A stretch of 64,000 nucleotides of DNA from Polyangiales bacterium (GTDB lineage Bacteria; Myxococcota_A; Polyangia; Polyangiales; JADJQN01): positions 32,001-96,000 of the forward strand of contig CAXNJO010000004.1 of assembly GCA_964202905.1 (NCBI GenBank). The letters run 5' to 3'. The notes beneath the pieces are model-generated. The model was given only the letters and a program-made list of their open reading frames with translations, was not told where the DNA came from and searched no databases. This document shows, one piece after another, positions 20,898 to 32,944 of this stretch (within the stretch, counting starts at the first letter, position 1; every line of letters begins with the position of its first letter). The position numbers were made by a program, and so were the translations under genes.

Positions 20898-22792
20898 ACC
20901 GTCAGCCTCCGATGGTAGGTGAACCACTCGAGGCAGAGCAGGACGAGCGCGGCGACGACGAGCGTCACCCAAAGCTCCGCGCGCAGGCCGGCGCGTGCCG
21001 GTCGCGCGCGTTGCGCCGTCGTCGCACCGACGCGCAGACGTGACACGGGGGCGATGTCGAGCTCGGCGTCGTCGGCGAGGTTCGCGGCGAACGTTTGCTC
21101 GGACTCCACGCCCGCAGCGTCGCGCGCCCGGAGCGTGTAGAAACCCGCGCGGAGGCCCGCGACGACCGCGCGTCCATCGGCGATCGGTACCTCGCGCAGC
21201 TCACCGTCGGGCGCTTGGAGCCGCGCACCGACCGAGCCCGGCGGCACGGGGACGCGCCACGTCTCGCCCGTGCGGTAACTCGAGAGGTACGCGGCGTCCT
21301 CCTCGAGGAAGCCGTCGATCGCGTTGAGCAGCAACAGCGGCCAGGCGACGCGCAGCGGCAGGTCGCTGCGCCGCACGTCGAAGGTCAGCGCGACGAAGCG
21401 TTGGCCCTGCCGCGTGCCGGCCACGATGAGCGGTCCGCGCGCGTCTCCGGCGACGCGCACGTCGCCGGGCGCGAGCGTCACGGCGAGGGCCTCGGCGACG
21501 TTCACGTCGCGCATGGCCGTGAAACGCAGCAGCGGGTGTCGCCGATCGAGCTGATCGAACGTGGGCCGCGCGAGCACGCCGGTGACGGCAAATGGCCCCT
21601 CCCGACCGGGAGCAGGGCGCGGGTGCAGGTAGATCGCGGGGCTCGTCGGAGGCGTCGCGGGGACGAAGTCGTCGAAGATCACGGCGTCGAAGCGGCCGGC
21701 GGGCGGGTAGGCCTCGGGGGGGATCTCCGTGACGTCGAGGTACTCGTCGAGCAGCAGCGCCGCCTGCAGGTAGAGGTTGCCGCGCGTGACGCAGAGCACG
21801 CGCGCGCGGCGCCGATCGGGGAGTCGCGCATAGGCGCGGTCGTCGGCGGGGAGGTCGTCATGCGCACCGCCCGTGAGCGTGAGGCGCGCCTCGAGCGTGC
21901 GGTCCGCACCCGCGAGGTCCTGAAAAATACGAGCGATCCGCGCGCCCGCGGCGATCTCGATCGTCTGCACGTCGAGCGGCCTGCCGTCGCCCAGCAGGGT
22001 CAGCTCGACGGACTCGTCGCGCGGGCCCGCGTTGCGCAGCTCGACGAGGACCTCGCTGCGGCTCTTGTCGAGCGGGTAGCGACGCACGCTGAACGCGGTG
22101 ATCCCGACGTTGCGGCGCCCCCGGCCGATCGGCACGTGGCTCAGCCGCACGGCGCCGAGCGTGACCTCGCCCTCCGCGTCGCGCGCGTCCCCGAGGTGTC
22201 CGTCGGAGAGCACGACGATCTCCGGGCGCGGCTGGTCGCGGAGCACGTCGAGCGCGAAGCGCAGCCCGCCCGGGAGCGACGCGGCGACCTCCGTCGGCGC
22301 GACGGCGTCGATGGCCTCGCGCAGCAGGGCCGGGTCGTTCGTCATCGGCGAGACGGGCGTCGTGCGCGCCTCCATGCGCGCGACGAGGGCGCGGTCGTTG
22401 GGGCCGAGTCCCTCGACGAGGCGTCGCGCCTCCTGCTTCGCGCGCGCGAGCCGCGTCGGGGCCACGTCGGTCGCCTGCATGGACGCGCTCGCGTCGAGCA
22501 GGAGCACCAGCGTGCGCCCACCGTCGCGCGCGCCCTTCCAGCGCGGGTCACCGAGGGCGAGGGCGATCAAGCCCACGAGGAGCAGCGCGAGCAGCAGCGA
22601 GAGGAGCCGCTTGAGCTGCGAGAAGAGGCGCGTCGTGCGCTCGTCGGCGAGCACGCGGTCCCAGAGGCGCACGAAGGGCACCACGACCACGCGCCGGCGC
22701 AGCTTGAGCAGGTACAGCCCGACGACCGCGCCGCCCACGACGGCGAAGACGGTGAGCACCTGCGCGAGCGTCAGACCGGCGAGTTCGATCAT
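20894..22792 (-). CDS. BatA-domain vWA protein
   Basis: LYLLKLRRR N-terminus; LLDASASM; VLSDG; C-terminal TM ending LEWFTYHRR. Confidence 0.88.
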   Translation of the reverse strand: MIELAGLTLAQVLTVFAVVGGAVVGLYLLKLRRRVVVVPFVRLWDRVLADERTTRLFSQLKRLLSLLLALLLVGLIALALGDPRWKGARDGGRTLVLLLDASASMQATDVAPTRLARAKQEARRLVEGLGPNDRALVARMEARTTPVSPMTNDPALLREAIDAVAPTEVAASLPGGLRFALDVLRDQPRPEIVVLSDGHLGDARDAEGEVTLGAVRLSHVPIGRGRRNVGITAFSVRRYPLDKSRSEVLVELRNAGPRDESVELTLLGDGRPLDVQTIEIAAGARIARIFQDLAGADRTLEARLTLTGGAHDDLPADDRAYARLPDRRRARVLCVTRGNLYLQAALLLDEYLDVTEIPPEAYPPAGRFDAVIFDDFVPATPPTSPAIYLHPRPAPGREGPFAVTGVLARPTFDQLDRRHPLLRFTAMRDVNVAEALAVTLAPGDVRVAGDARGPLIVAGTRQGQRFVALTFDVRRSDLPLRVAWPLLLLNAIDGFLEEDAAYLSSYRTGETWRVPVPPGSVGARLQAPDGELREVPIADGRAVVAGLRAGFYTLRARDAAGVESEQTFAANLADDAELDIAPVSRLRVGATTAQRARPARAGLRAELWVTLVVAALVLLCLEWFTYHRRLTV

Positions 22793-22796
22793 GCGC

Positions 22797-23738
22797 TCAC
22801 CCGAGCATCCCGCCGCGCCGCAGGATGCGGAGGATGGCCTCGTCGAAGGGCGTGCTCGTCTCGACCGCGTGGAAGGAGACCTGCTTCTCGGCGCAGAAGC
22901 GCTCGATGCCGGCGCGGTACTCAGCGTGTGCGCGCGCGAAACGCTCGAGCACGCGCGGCGTCACCGTCACCTCGCGCGCCTCGCCCGTCTCCTCGTCGAC
23001 GAGCCGCACGTCGCCGTGCAGCGGCGGTCTCACCTCGCTGGGGTCGACGATCTGGATCACGTGCGTCTCGAACTTCTGGTAGCGGAGGACGTTGAGCCCC
23101 TCCTCGAAGCCGCGCGGGTCGTAGAGATCGCTGAGCAGGATCGCGACGCCGCGGCGCTTGTTCTGCGCGACGAAGCTGCGCATCGCGTCGCCGAGCCCCG
23201 TGGGACCGTCGGCCTCCTGTGCGCGCAGGAACTCGAGCACCGCGAAGATGCGGTTCTTGCCGCGGGTCGGCGCAAGTCGGCCGCGGAGCGCGTCGTCGAA
23301 CGAGACGATCGAGACGCGATCGAGGCCCGCGAGCGCGATGTAGGCGAGCGCGGCGGCGAGGCGACGCGCGTAGTCGATCTTCGGCGTCGCGCCGAACGCC
23401 ATCGAACGCGAGCGGTCGAGGAGGACGTAGACGGCGAGGTCCTCCTCCTCTTCGAAGAGCCGCAGCAGGAGGCGCCCGGAGCGCCCGTAGACGTTCCAGT
23501 CGAGGTAGCGGAAGTCGTCGCCTGCCGTGTATGCGCGGTGGTCGGCGAACTCGATGCCGCTGCCCGTCTTCTTCGATCGTCGCTCGGCGCGCGTGCGGCC
23601 CTGATGGAGACGACGCGCGGCGAGCGCGAGCATCTCGAGCTTCGCCTGGAATGACTCGTCGAAGAGCGGCTCCGCCCCACGCGTGGGCGCGGCGGCGGCC
23701 CCGCGCTCGCTCCCTCCACGGCGCAGCCAGTCGAACAC
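22797..23738 (-). CDS. DUF58 family protein
   Basis: GSGIEFADHRAYTAGDDFRYLDWNVYGR; LLDRSRSM; LLSDL. Confidence 0.93.
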   Translation of the reverse strand: MFDWLRRGGSERGAAAAPTRGAEPLFDESFQAKLEMLALAARRLHQGRTRAERRSKKTGSGIEFADHRAYTAGDDFRYLDWNVYGRSGRLLLRLFEEEEDLAVYVLLDRSRSMAFGATPKIDYARRLAAALAYIALAGLDRVSIVSFDDALRGRLAPTRGKNRIFAVLEFLRAQEADGPTGLGDAMRSFVAQNKRRGVAILLSDLYDPRGFEEGLNVLRYQKFETHVIQIVDPSEVRPPLHGDVRLVDEETGEAREVTVTPRVLERFARAHAEYRAGIERFCAEKQVSFHAVETSTPFDEAILRILRRGGMLG

Positions 23739-23746
23739 GCGCGCCT

Positions 23747-24783
<1,037 letters not shown>

Positions 24784-24787
<4 letters not shown>

Positions 24788-26859
24788 GGCTGCGGCTCCC
24801 TCGGTCGGATGAGCTGGAAATAGCGGCGGACGTAGAAGCGATAACCGCCCGGAATCTGGTCCTGCTCGAGGACCTCCGTCGCGTGGGACTCGTAGTCGGC
24901 GTACACGCGCCGGTAGTCGCGCGCTGCGAAGCCGCGCTCGGCGGCGCCGAGGATCACCTCGCTCCGCGTCGGCCCGCGCTCGGACGCCTCGCCTTGCACG
25001 CGCGTCGCCTGCCGTGTGCCATCGAGGCGCGTGGGTGCGTCGAGGCCCGTGGTGTCATGGCCAGCGCCGGCGCCCGGACCCTGGCCCATGCCGCCGGGCA
25101 TGTTTCCTTGCGCGCTGCCCTGCGACGCGCCCGGCATCTCGAGGACGGCGCTGCCGCCCTGACCGGGCACCCCGACGTGACCAGCGGTCTGTCCCGAACT
25201 TCCCGCTTCTCCCGGTTGTCCCGATTGTCCGGTTTGGCCGGGGCGCCCCGCGCGGCCCATCGCGCCGGCGCCTCCGCGCGCCTGCGCCACGAACCGATCC
25301 ATCCGCGACGCGCCCTGCTGACCTTGCTGACCCTGCTGACCCTGCTGACCTTGCTGACCTTGCTGACCTTGCTGACCCTGCTGACCTTGCTGACCTTGCT
25401 GACCTTGCTGACCCTGCTGGCCCTGCTGACCTTGCTGACCTTGCTGACCTTGCTGGCCCTGTTGACCCTGCTGACCTTGCTGACCTTGCTGGCCGGATGC
25501 GTCGGCTTGTGCCTGTTGTTCGCGCTGGCGGCGGACGAGCTCGCGCAACTCGGAGAGACGCTCGGCGAGGGCGCGGCGCTGCTGCTCGCTCTGCTGCGTG
25601 CGCGCCATGCGGTTCAACTCTTCCGCGCTCCGCGCGAGCGACTGCGCGGCCTGCTCGCGGTCCTGCTGCGAGAGGCGTTCTCCGGCGTGCCCGAGCTCGC
25701 GCTGCAGGCGCTCGAGGCGTCGCTCCTGCGCCTGCGCGCCTGCCTGCTCGCGCTCGAGCCGCTGGAGCTCGCGGCGCCGTCGCTCGAGGAGGCGCCGCTC
25801 GGGCTCGGGCTGCGCCTGCTGCGCGGCCTGCTGGTCGCGCTGCCGCTGCAGGAGCCGCTCGACCTCCGCGCGGCGCTGCGCGAGCGACTCGGACGAGGGG
25901 GCCGGTGGACGCGTGGCCGCGGCGCGGGCGAGCGCCTCGCGCAGGCGGTCGAGCTCGCGGCGGCTCGGGGGGCTCTGGCGCAGGGCCTCCGACAAACGCT
26001 GCATGTCGTCTGCCGCGCGACGCGCGTCCGCGTCGCGGAGAGCGCGGGCAGCGGGCTCGGTCTGCGGCGACCGCGCGAGTTCCGTCGCGACCTGCGAGAG
26101 GGTTTCGCGGAGGTTGTCTGCGTCGGCGCGCCGCGCATCCTCGAGCGCGTCCTGGACCTGCTGGAGCGCGCGCAGCGCGTCCGTGCGTGCGAGGCGCTGC
26201 GCGGCGAGGTCACCGACGAGTCCGTCGAAGCGCGTCGCGGCGTCGCGCACCTCGCGCTCGAGCGCTGGATCGGCGAGCGCCTCGCGCACGTCGTTGCGGA
26301 AGGCCTCGAGGTCGTCCGCGTGCAGGACGAGCGCGGCGGGCGGCTGCGTCGGGGCCGGCCGCACGATCACGTCGGGCACCTCGAGCAGCGCGAGCCCCGC
26401 GACGGCCAACGCGAGCCCGAGCGCGGCGACCGTATCGCGCGGGGCGCGGAGCGGGAACGCGCGCGCCGGGACGAGCCCCGCCGCGTGAGCGCACGCGTCG
26501 TCGATGGCTGCTTCCATGAATGCCGTGCGCGCATCCGCGGGGAGTGCCGCGAACGAGAGGGCGCTCGCGGTGCGATCGTGGAGCGCGTGCGCGCGATCGA
26601 GGCGCTGGGCCGCGACGAGCATCGAGACGCGCCGCGCCGCGCCGAGGAGCGCGCCGAGGGCGGGCAGGGCCGCGGCGCCGACGAGCCACGGCAACGCATC
26701 GTCCGGACCGACCGCGCGTGTCTTGACGGCAGCGACGAGCGCGGCCGCGAGGCCGAGCGACGCGACCGAGAGCGTCGCCGCGGCGTCGAGCGCGCGCTGC
26801 AGGCGCAGGCGCCGCGCGACGGCGAGAACGGGGCGGCGGAGTGGGACGGGGACGCTCAT
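24784..26859 (-). CDS. Membrane-anchored coiled-coil protein with a (QQG)20 tract
   Basis: N-terminal TMs, coiled coil, QQG repeat, ends IPGGYRFYVRRYFQLIRP. Its stop overlaps the moxR ATG. Confidence 0.75.
25312..25491 (-). repeat. 9-bp tandem repeat x20 (CAGCARGGY), encoding QQG
   Basis: Counted 20 consecutive ACCTTGCTG/ACCCTGCTG-type units on the plus strand. Confidence 0.95.
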
Positions 26860-26995
26860 CGGAGGGGAGGCATGCCGGGGGACGCGGACGCTCCCGGGCA
26901 GACGCGCGACGCGGTCGGAATGTTCCCCCCGTGCGCGTGGACGTCGACCACGGCCGAGCATACGCGCTCGCCGGTCGCGTGCTACGCAGGGCGCG

Positions 26996-27868
26996 ATGTC
27001 TGACGAGGGTCGCGGCGCTCCGGCGCGCTACTTTCCGGTGAACGAAGCGCCGCTCCGCATGCAGGCAGGCCTGCTGCGCTTCGGTGTCGAATTCGGCAAC
27101 GGCGCGGCGGACGCGCGCCACTTCCAGGTCGACGTCCGACTCGACGAGACGCTCGCCGCCAAGCGCGCTGCGCCTCCGGAGCGGCACGCATGGCTCAATC
27201 CGCGCGACGAGGCCGCCGTGCGCGCGACCGACGCCGCGCTCGCGTGGATGCGCCGCACGCTCGCGGTGGAGCATCCGGATCGACTCCGCGCGGCGGACGC
27301 CGACGCCGCGGCGCGCAACCCCTTCGACGCGCTCGGGCGCGCGGTGCAGGAGGACTTCGCCGTCCTCGATCGCGGCGCAGACGGGCGCGGGCGCCTCGTG
27401 CTGCTGCACGTGTGTTTCCCGAGCGGGTGGCGCCCCGAGCGCCTCGCGGGGGCCGATTTTGCAGGGATCCACGGCCCCGTGCCCTCGTTCGCCAAGCCCG
27501 ACGCGGCGGCGCGCAGCATGGTGAGCGCGATGATCGACCGCGGCCCGTACGTCCGCTTCGTCTGGACGTTGAGCGCGGATCCGCACCTCGACCACCACCC
27601 CGATGCGGGCGCGCGCGCGCCGTGGCCACGCACGCCGCTCGCCGCGGGGACGCCCTGCTATCTGCGCGTCGAGCGGCAGATCACCGTGCCGCTGCCGGAG
27701 GCGGACGCGAGCGTCTTCCTCATCCGAACCTACGTGTACCCCGTGAGCTCGCTCGATCCTGCGCAGCGCGCCGTGCTCGTCGCCGCCCTCGCGGCGATGC
27801 CGGACGACGTGCGCCGCTACAAGGGGCTGCCGGAGCGCGAGGTCGTCGCGCGCGTGCTCACGGGGTAG
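26996..27868 (+). CDS. DUF3445 / heme-dependent oxidative N-demethylase alpha-subunit-like protein
   Basis: VQEDF, VCFPSGW, IHGPVP, YLRVERQ, VFLIRTY, YKG motifs. Confidence 0.85.
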   Translation: MSDEGRGAPARYFPVNEAPLRMQAGLLRFGVEFGNGAADARHFQVDVRLDETLAAKRAAPPERHAWLNPRDEAAVRATDAALAWMRRTLAVEHPDRLRAADADAAARNPFDALGRAVQEDFAVLDRGADGRGRLVLLHVCFPSGWRPERLAGADFAGIHGPVPSFAKPDAAARSMVSAMIDRGPYVRFVWTLSADPHLDHHPDAGARAPWPRTPLAAGTPCYLRVERQITVPLPEADASVFLIRTYVYPVSSLDPAQRAVLVAALAAMPDDVRRYKGLPEREVVARVLTG

Positions 27869-27934
27869 GCCCGGCGCGGCCGCCACGGGCGCGTTTCTGG
27901 CGGTCGCAGCGAGCCGACCGCTACGATGGGGGCG

Positions 27935-29981
27935 ATGGCGTCTCGCGTGGCCGCACCGCTCGTGATCGTCGCGCTCCTCGCGCTCCTCGCGCCGACGTTC
28001 GCGCGCGCGCAGGTGCCACCCACCGCGCCGACGACCGCGTCGGGCGCGGCCACTCCGGCGGCGCCGTCGATGGCGGGCGTCTCGGGCGACGAGTCGGAGG
28101 AGCTGCGGGCGCTGCGCCTCGCCGAGCAGGCGCTCGAGGGCGAGCCGGGCGAGGGCGTGCAACCGCTCGTCTCGGGCGAGATGCCCGAGGCGCTCACGTC
28201 CGACGTCATCCCAGCGACGCCGCCCCGCGCGCTCGGCGAGCGTGACCTCAGCGCGTTGCAGGGGCTCGTGCTGCCGGACCTGCCCGTGCGCTGGGACGCG
28301 CGCGTCGTCGAATACCTGCGCTTCTTCAAGGACGACGCGCGGGGCCGGGCGCTGATGGCGGGCTGGCTGCGCCGTGTGCCTCGGCACGAGCGCGGGATCC
28401 GCGAGGCGCTGCGTGCGGCCGCCGTGCCCGAAGACCTGCTCTACGTCGCGATGGTGGAGAGCGGCTTCGACCCGGTCGCACGCTCGGGCGTGGGGGCCGT
28501 CGGGATGTGGCAGTTCGTGCAAGGCACGGGCGAGGAGTACGGCCTGCGGCGTGACCACTGGGTCGATGCGCGGATGAGCCCCGAGGCCGCGACCGCCGCC
28601 GCGGCCCGCTATCTGGGGGACTTGCACCGCCGCTTCGGGTCCTGGGAGCTTGCGCTCGCCGCGTACAACATGGGGTACGGCGCGCTCCTGCGCGCGATCC
28701 GCAAATACAACACCAACGACTTCTGGACGCTCGCGTCGGTCGAGGCGGGACTGCCGTTCGAGACGACGCTCTACGTCGCGAAGATCATGGCCTGTGCCGT
28801 CGTCGGCCGGAACCCCGCGCGCTTCGGCTTCGGCGCCGTCCCCGTGGAGAGTGACCGGCCCCTCACGACGGTCGAGGTGCCGGGTGGGATGCTGGTCTCC
28901 GTGCTCGCGCGCGCCGCCGACCTCGGCGCGACCGACCTGGCGCGGATGAACCCGGAGCTGCGGCGCGGCCGCACGCCGCCCGGGGACGCGGCGTTCCGCT
29001 TGCGTGTGCCGGCCGACCGCGCCGACGCGTTCGTACGGCAGCTCCCCCGGGTGCGGGGCGCGCGGCCCACGGAGCGTCCGTACGTCGTCCGCTTCGGCGA
29101 GACCCTCGACGATGTCGCGGCCCGTTTCCGCACGACGACGAGCGCGCTCGTGCGCACGAACGAGCTCGAGGACGCGCGCGTCCGCGTCGGCTTCACCCTG
29201 ATGGTCCCCGACGTCGCGCCGCGTGAGCCCGCGGCCGCCGAGCCGCCCGTCGTCACTGTCCCCGACCAGCGCTTCAGCTACGCGGGCCGTCGGCGCGTGT
29301 TCTACCGCGTCGCCGAGGGCGATGAGACCGCTGAGATCGCCCGCTTTTTCGGTGTCACGCTCGACGACCTCCGTCGCTGGAACGGCGTCGAGCCCACCGC
29401 GACCCTGCAGCGCGGGATGTTCCTGCAGCTGTTCGTCCCGGCGTCGCGCGATCTCTCGCGCGCCCTCGTGCTCGCCGAGGGCGACGCGCGTGTGCTCGTC
29501 GTCGGCTCCGACGAGTTCTTCGACTACCACGAGGCGCAGCGCGGGCGTGTCCGCATCCGCTACCGCGTGCGTTCCGGCGACACCGTCGCGAGCGTCGCCC
29601 GAGGCTTCGATCTCAGCCCCGGCTCGCTCGCGCGGATCAACCGCTTCGATCGCAGCGCGACGCTTCGCGTCGATCAGGAGATCGTCGTCTACGCGCCGCG
29701 TACGGCGGATTCGTCCGCACCGACGACCGACGCCCCCACGCCCCCCGTCGCCGGTGCAGACGCCGCAGCGGCAGCGACGACACCCGCGCCGGCCGTTGCC
29801 GCGCCCACGGTCGGCGGTCTCCCCGTGCCCCCCGCGAACGCCGCGCCTGCGCCGCCCGCATCACCTGCGCCGCCCTCACCGCCTGCGCAGAGCGCACCGC
29901 CTGCGGCAGGCGGGTCAGGCTCCCCCGCCCCCTGCGCCCGACGCCCCGCTGGGCTCAGAAATCGCGGCGGATCCGCAGTAG
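27935..29981 (+). CDS. MltD-like lytic transglycosylase with LysM domains; probable frameshift near 29913
   Basis: SLT motifs AMVESGF, GMWQF, ALAAYNMG, PFETTLYV; several LysM repeats; P/A-rich tail. As read, the frame runs to 30118. Removing one G at ~29913 gives GGQAPPPPAPDAP...DPQ* at 29981. Confidence 0.85.
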
Positions 29982-31073
29982 CTCACGGAAATCGTGCGCC
30001 GCGCGGAGCTGTTCGAAGCTCGGGTCGAGCAGCAAGTCCTCGTCGCGCACCTGCCCGTTCGCGTATGCCTGCCGGGTCGCGGCCCACCACTGCGCGACGT
30101 TCGGGACCGCGGGCATGACGCTCACGCGCGACGGGCGCGTCTCGGGCAGCCCCGTGTGGTTCACGAGGGAGTGACGCACGGAGGCGACCTGCTCCTTGTC
30201 CTCGGTCTCGACCGACTGGGCAGCGAGCTGGTCGAGGAGGCGCGTGCAGGTCGCGAGTTGGCTCGCGCCCACGGGCAACTTGCCGAGCACGTCTGCGACG
30301 CGTCCCGGCGTCGTCTCGCGCTGCGCCCAGCGCTCGGCCGGCGCGCGCGCGGCGAGGCGCGTCGCGGCCTCGAGCGCGGCGTCGCGATCCCCGAGCAGCG
30401 CCGCGATCTTCAGGGCCTCCCAGTCGCACCACGGGAGCGACGGCACGCAGCGCGCCGCGCGCAGGTAGCTCCGCAGGGCGTCCTCGGGGCGACCGGCCCG
30501 CTTGAGCGCATGGGCGACGGTCGCGTGCGCGCTCGCGACGTCGGACTCGATGCCCGCGTGCCGCTCGCCCGCATGGAGGTACTTGTCGAGCGTGAACGCA
30601 TCGAAGAAGTCCGGGGACGTCCACTCGGCCACCATCGTCCGGCACCAGCCGTCGAAGGTGCGGTACACGAGTCGCACCTCCCCCGTCTCCGCGAAGAAAT
30701 CGACGATCGGCCACGTGTCGGCCACGGGACCGGCGCTCCGGTCGAACGCGAGCAGCGCGCCCTCGTCGTTGCGGTGGAAGGGCAGCGGCAGCTCGGGGTC
30801 GAGGAAGGACCGGCCCAGGTGCTCGGCGAGGTCCTTCAGCGCGGACTCCGAGGTGTCGCCCACGGGCGCGCCGACGCCGAGCAGCGTGCCGATCGGCAGC
30901 TTCGCGCCGTTGAACTTGGAGAGCGCGAGGCGGAAGTCCGCGGGGAGCGGGCTGCCGATTTGGTGCTCGAGTTGGGAGAGCGTTGCGGCCGGGCACGCGG
31001 CGTTCGGCTGAATGCCGAGCGCCTCGCCCTGCGTGAGCACCACCCGCATGAAGTCCTGGACGCCGCGATGCAT
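29955..31073 (-). CDS. SMI1/KNR4 family protein with a TPR-like C-terminus
   Basis: LEHQIGSPLPADFR...FNG; LPF...GALLAFD; then helical repeats. Confidence 0.75.
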   Translation of the reverse strand: MHRGVQDFMRVVLTQGEALGIQPNAACPAATLSQLEHQIGSPLPADFRLALSKFNGAKLPIGTLLGVGAPVGDTSESALKDLAEHLGRSFLDPELPLPFHRNDEGALLAFDRSAGPVADTWPIVDFFAETGEVRLVYRTFDGWCRTMVAEWTSPDFFDAFTLDKYLHAGERHAGIESDVASAHATVAHALKRAGRPEDALRSYLRAARCVPSLPWCDWEALKIAALLGDRDAALEAATRLAARAPAERWAQRETTPGRVADVLGKLPVGASQLATCTRLLDQLAAQSVETEDKEQVASVRHSLVNHTGLPETRPSRVSVMPAVPNVAQWWAATRQAYANGQVRDEDLLLDPSFEQLRAAHDFRELLRIRRDF

Positions 31074-31253
31074 GACGCGCGCAGACTAACAACAAACGCG
31101 GCGCGCGTGGAGGCCCGAGGCATCGCGCGTCCGGTGTCGGTCGAGTCCGCGGGGAAGGGCGGACGTTGCGCCACTCAGGACGACGCCACGAGCGCGTGAT
31201 CCGCACAGACCTTCCCGCGGGTGCGGTGCCCTGCGCCCCGGCGAGCGCGTCGC

Positions 31254-32153
31254 TCAGAAGCAGACGCGGTTGCGGCCCGAGCGCTTGGCTTCGTAGAGCT
31301 TTTCGTCGGCGGACTTGAGAAAGGCGAGGACGTCCCACCGCTCTTCCAGCTGCGCGATGCCGATGGAGACCGTGACGGGGATGCTCTCGCCCTCGAACAC
31401 GAATCGACGCTTCTCCACGAGTTCGCGCAGATCTTCGGAGATGCGCACCGCCCCGTCGCGCGGGGTCTCGGGGAGGGCGATGCTGAATTCCTCGCCGCCG
31501 TAGCGCGCGAGGATGTCGTCCGGGCGCAGGCGTGTGCGCACGAGGTTCGCGAGCTCCTTGAGGACGTAGTCGCCCGCGAGGTGGCCGAACGAGTCGTTCA
31601 CGGTCTTGAAGTAGTCGATGTCGAGCATCGCGAGGGAGAGCGGTCGCTGGTGGCGGCGGGCCCGCGGGATCTCGCGCTCGAGCGACTCAAGCAGGAAACG
31701 CTTGTTGTTGGCGCCGGTGAGACCATCGATGATGGTCATCTTGTAGATGGTCTCGTGGTACTGCGCCTCGACGTCGGAGCCGCTCAGGAACTTGAGGATC
31801 GTGTCGCCGACCTTGACCTGATCGCCCCGCCGGAGCTGGTACTCCTTGACCTGCTCGTCGTTGACGTAGGTGCCGTTGGTCGAGTCGTTGTCGAGGACGA
31901 CCCAGCTGCGCACCTTCCGCTCGATGCGGCAGTGCCGACGCGACACGGAGTCGTTCTCGAGGACGACGGTGTTCTCGCTGCCACGGCCGAGGCTGAGGCC
32001 CGCGCTGTTGAGGACGTGGCGCTTGCCGAACTGGCGCGCGTCGGACGTGTAGATCACCACGAGGCAGTCCTCGCCCTTGTCGGACTTGTCTGCCCTGAGA
32101 TCCTCGAGCGGCGTGATCCGCGTCTTGATGTCCGAATCGGAGTCCAAACTCAC
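31254..32153 (-). CDS. FHA-GGDEF diguanylate cyclase (start uncertain, 32153-32219)
   Basis: FHA LGR...VSRRH...STNGTYVN; DGLTG; DIDYFKTVNDSFGHLAGD; RPDD I-site and GGEEF. Confidence 0.93.
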   Translation of the reverse strand: MSLDSDSDIKTRITPLEDLRADKSDKGEDCLVVIYTSDARQFGKRHVLNSAGLSLGRGSENTVVLENDSVSRRHCRIERKVRSWVVLDNDSTNGTYVNDEQVKEYQLRRGDQVKVGDTILKFLSGSDVEAQYHETIYKMTIIDGLTGANNKRFLLESLEREIPRARRHQRPLSLAMLDIDYFKTVNDSFGHLAGDYVLKELANLVRTRLRPDDILARYGGEEFSIALPETPRDGAVRISEDLRELVEKRRFVFEGESIPVTVSIGIAQLEERWDVLAFLKSADEKLYEAKRSGRNRVCF

Positions 32154-32290
32154 CTTCGGCGGCGTGCGCCTTGAGAGCCGTCGCAGGGCGAAGGTAGCAA
32201 GCCGTTGGGAGAACCTCAAGAGGGGCGCCGAATGCCAAAAAACGCGCGCCGCTGTTGCCCTCGGAGGGGCGGGCGTGTCACTCCCCTGCG

Positions 32291-32941
32291 GTGTCCGCGC
32301 AACATCCGTTCCTCGCGGTCGCAGGCAGCATCGGTTCCGGCAAGACGACGCTCACGCGGCGCCTCGCGGATCGCCTCGAGGTCCGCGGCCTCTACGAGTC
32401 GACCGACGCGAACCCGTACCTCGCGGATTTTTACGCCGACATGCGGCGTTACGCGTTGCCGTTGCAGATGCGCTTCCTCGCGCTGCGCGTCGCCGAGACG
32501 CTCGTGACACAGCGCCTCGGCGTGAGCGCCGTGCAGGACCGGACCTGCTACGAGGACGCTGAGATCTTCGCCGCGAACCTGCACGCCCGGGGCGACATGG
32601 ACGACCGGGACTGGGAGACGTACGGCATCGTCGCCGGCCCGCTCCTCGCCGGGCTCGAGCCGCCTGACCTGCTCGTGTACCTCGCGCGCTCGCCGGAGGG
32701 GTGCCGCGCGCAGATCCGCAAGCGGGGCCGCGAGTACGAGCAGCGGCTCCCCGCCGACTACCTCGAGGACCTCGGCGCCCGCTACGACGCGTGGTTCGAG
32801 GCGTACGACCGCGGCCCGAAGCTGCTCGTGCGCGGCGAGGAGCACGACTTCGTCGACGACCCGCGCGACCTCGAGCGTCTCGTCGGCCGCATCCTCGAGG
32901 CGCTTCCACAGACGCGACTCCCGTTCGCGAGTGAGCGCTGA
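32291..32941 (+). CDS. Deoxynucleoside kinase
   Basis: AVAGSIGSGKTT, NPYLADFY, QDRTCYED, PDLLVYL, IRKRGREYE. Confidence 0.92.
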   Translation: MSAQHPFLAVAGSIGSGKTTLTRRLADRLEVRGLYESTDANPYLADFYADMRRYALPLQMRFLALRVAETLVTQRLGVSAVQDRTCYEDAEIFAANLHARGDMDDRDWETYGIVAGPLLAGLEPPDLLVYLARSPEGCRAQIRKRGREYEQRLPADYLEDLGARYDAWFEAYDRGPKLLVRGEEHDFVDDPRDLERLVGRILEALPQTRLPFASER

Positions 32942-32944
32942 GCG

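Noticed and set aside
31254..32153. Hypr-type (cGAMP-making) GGDEF enzyme
   Set aside because: The specificity position reads GHLAGD (Asp), the canonical c-di-GMP type.
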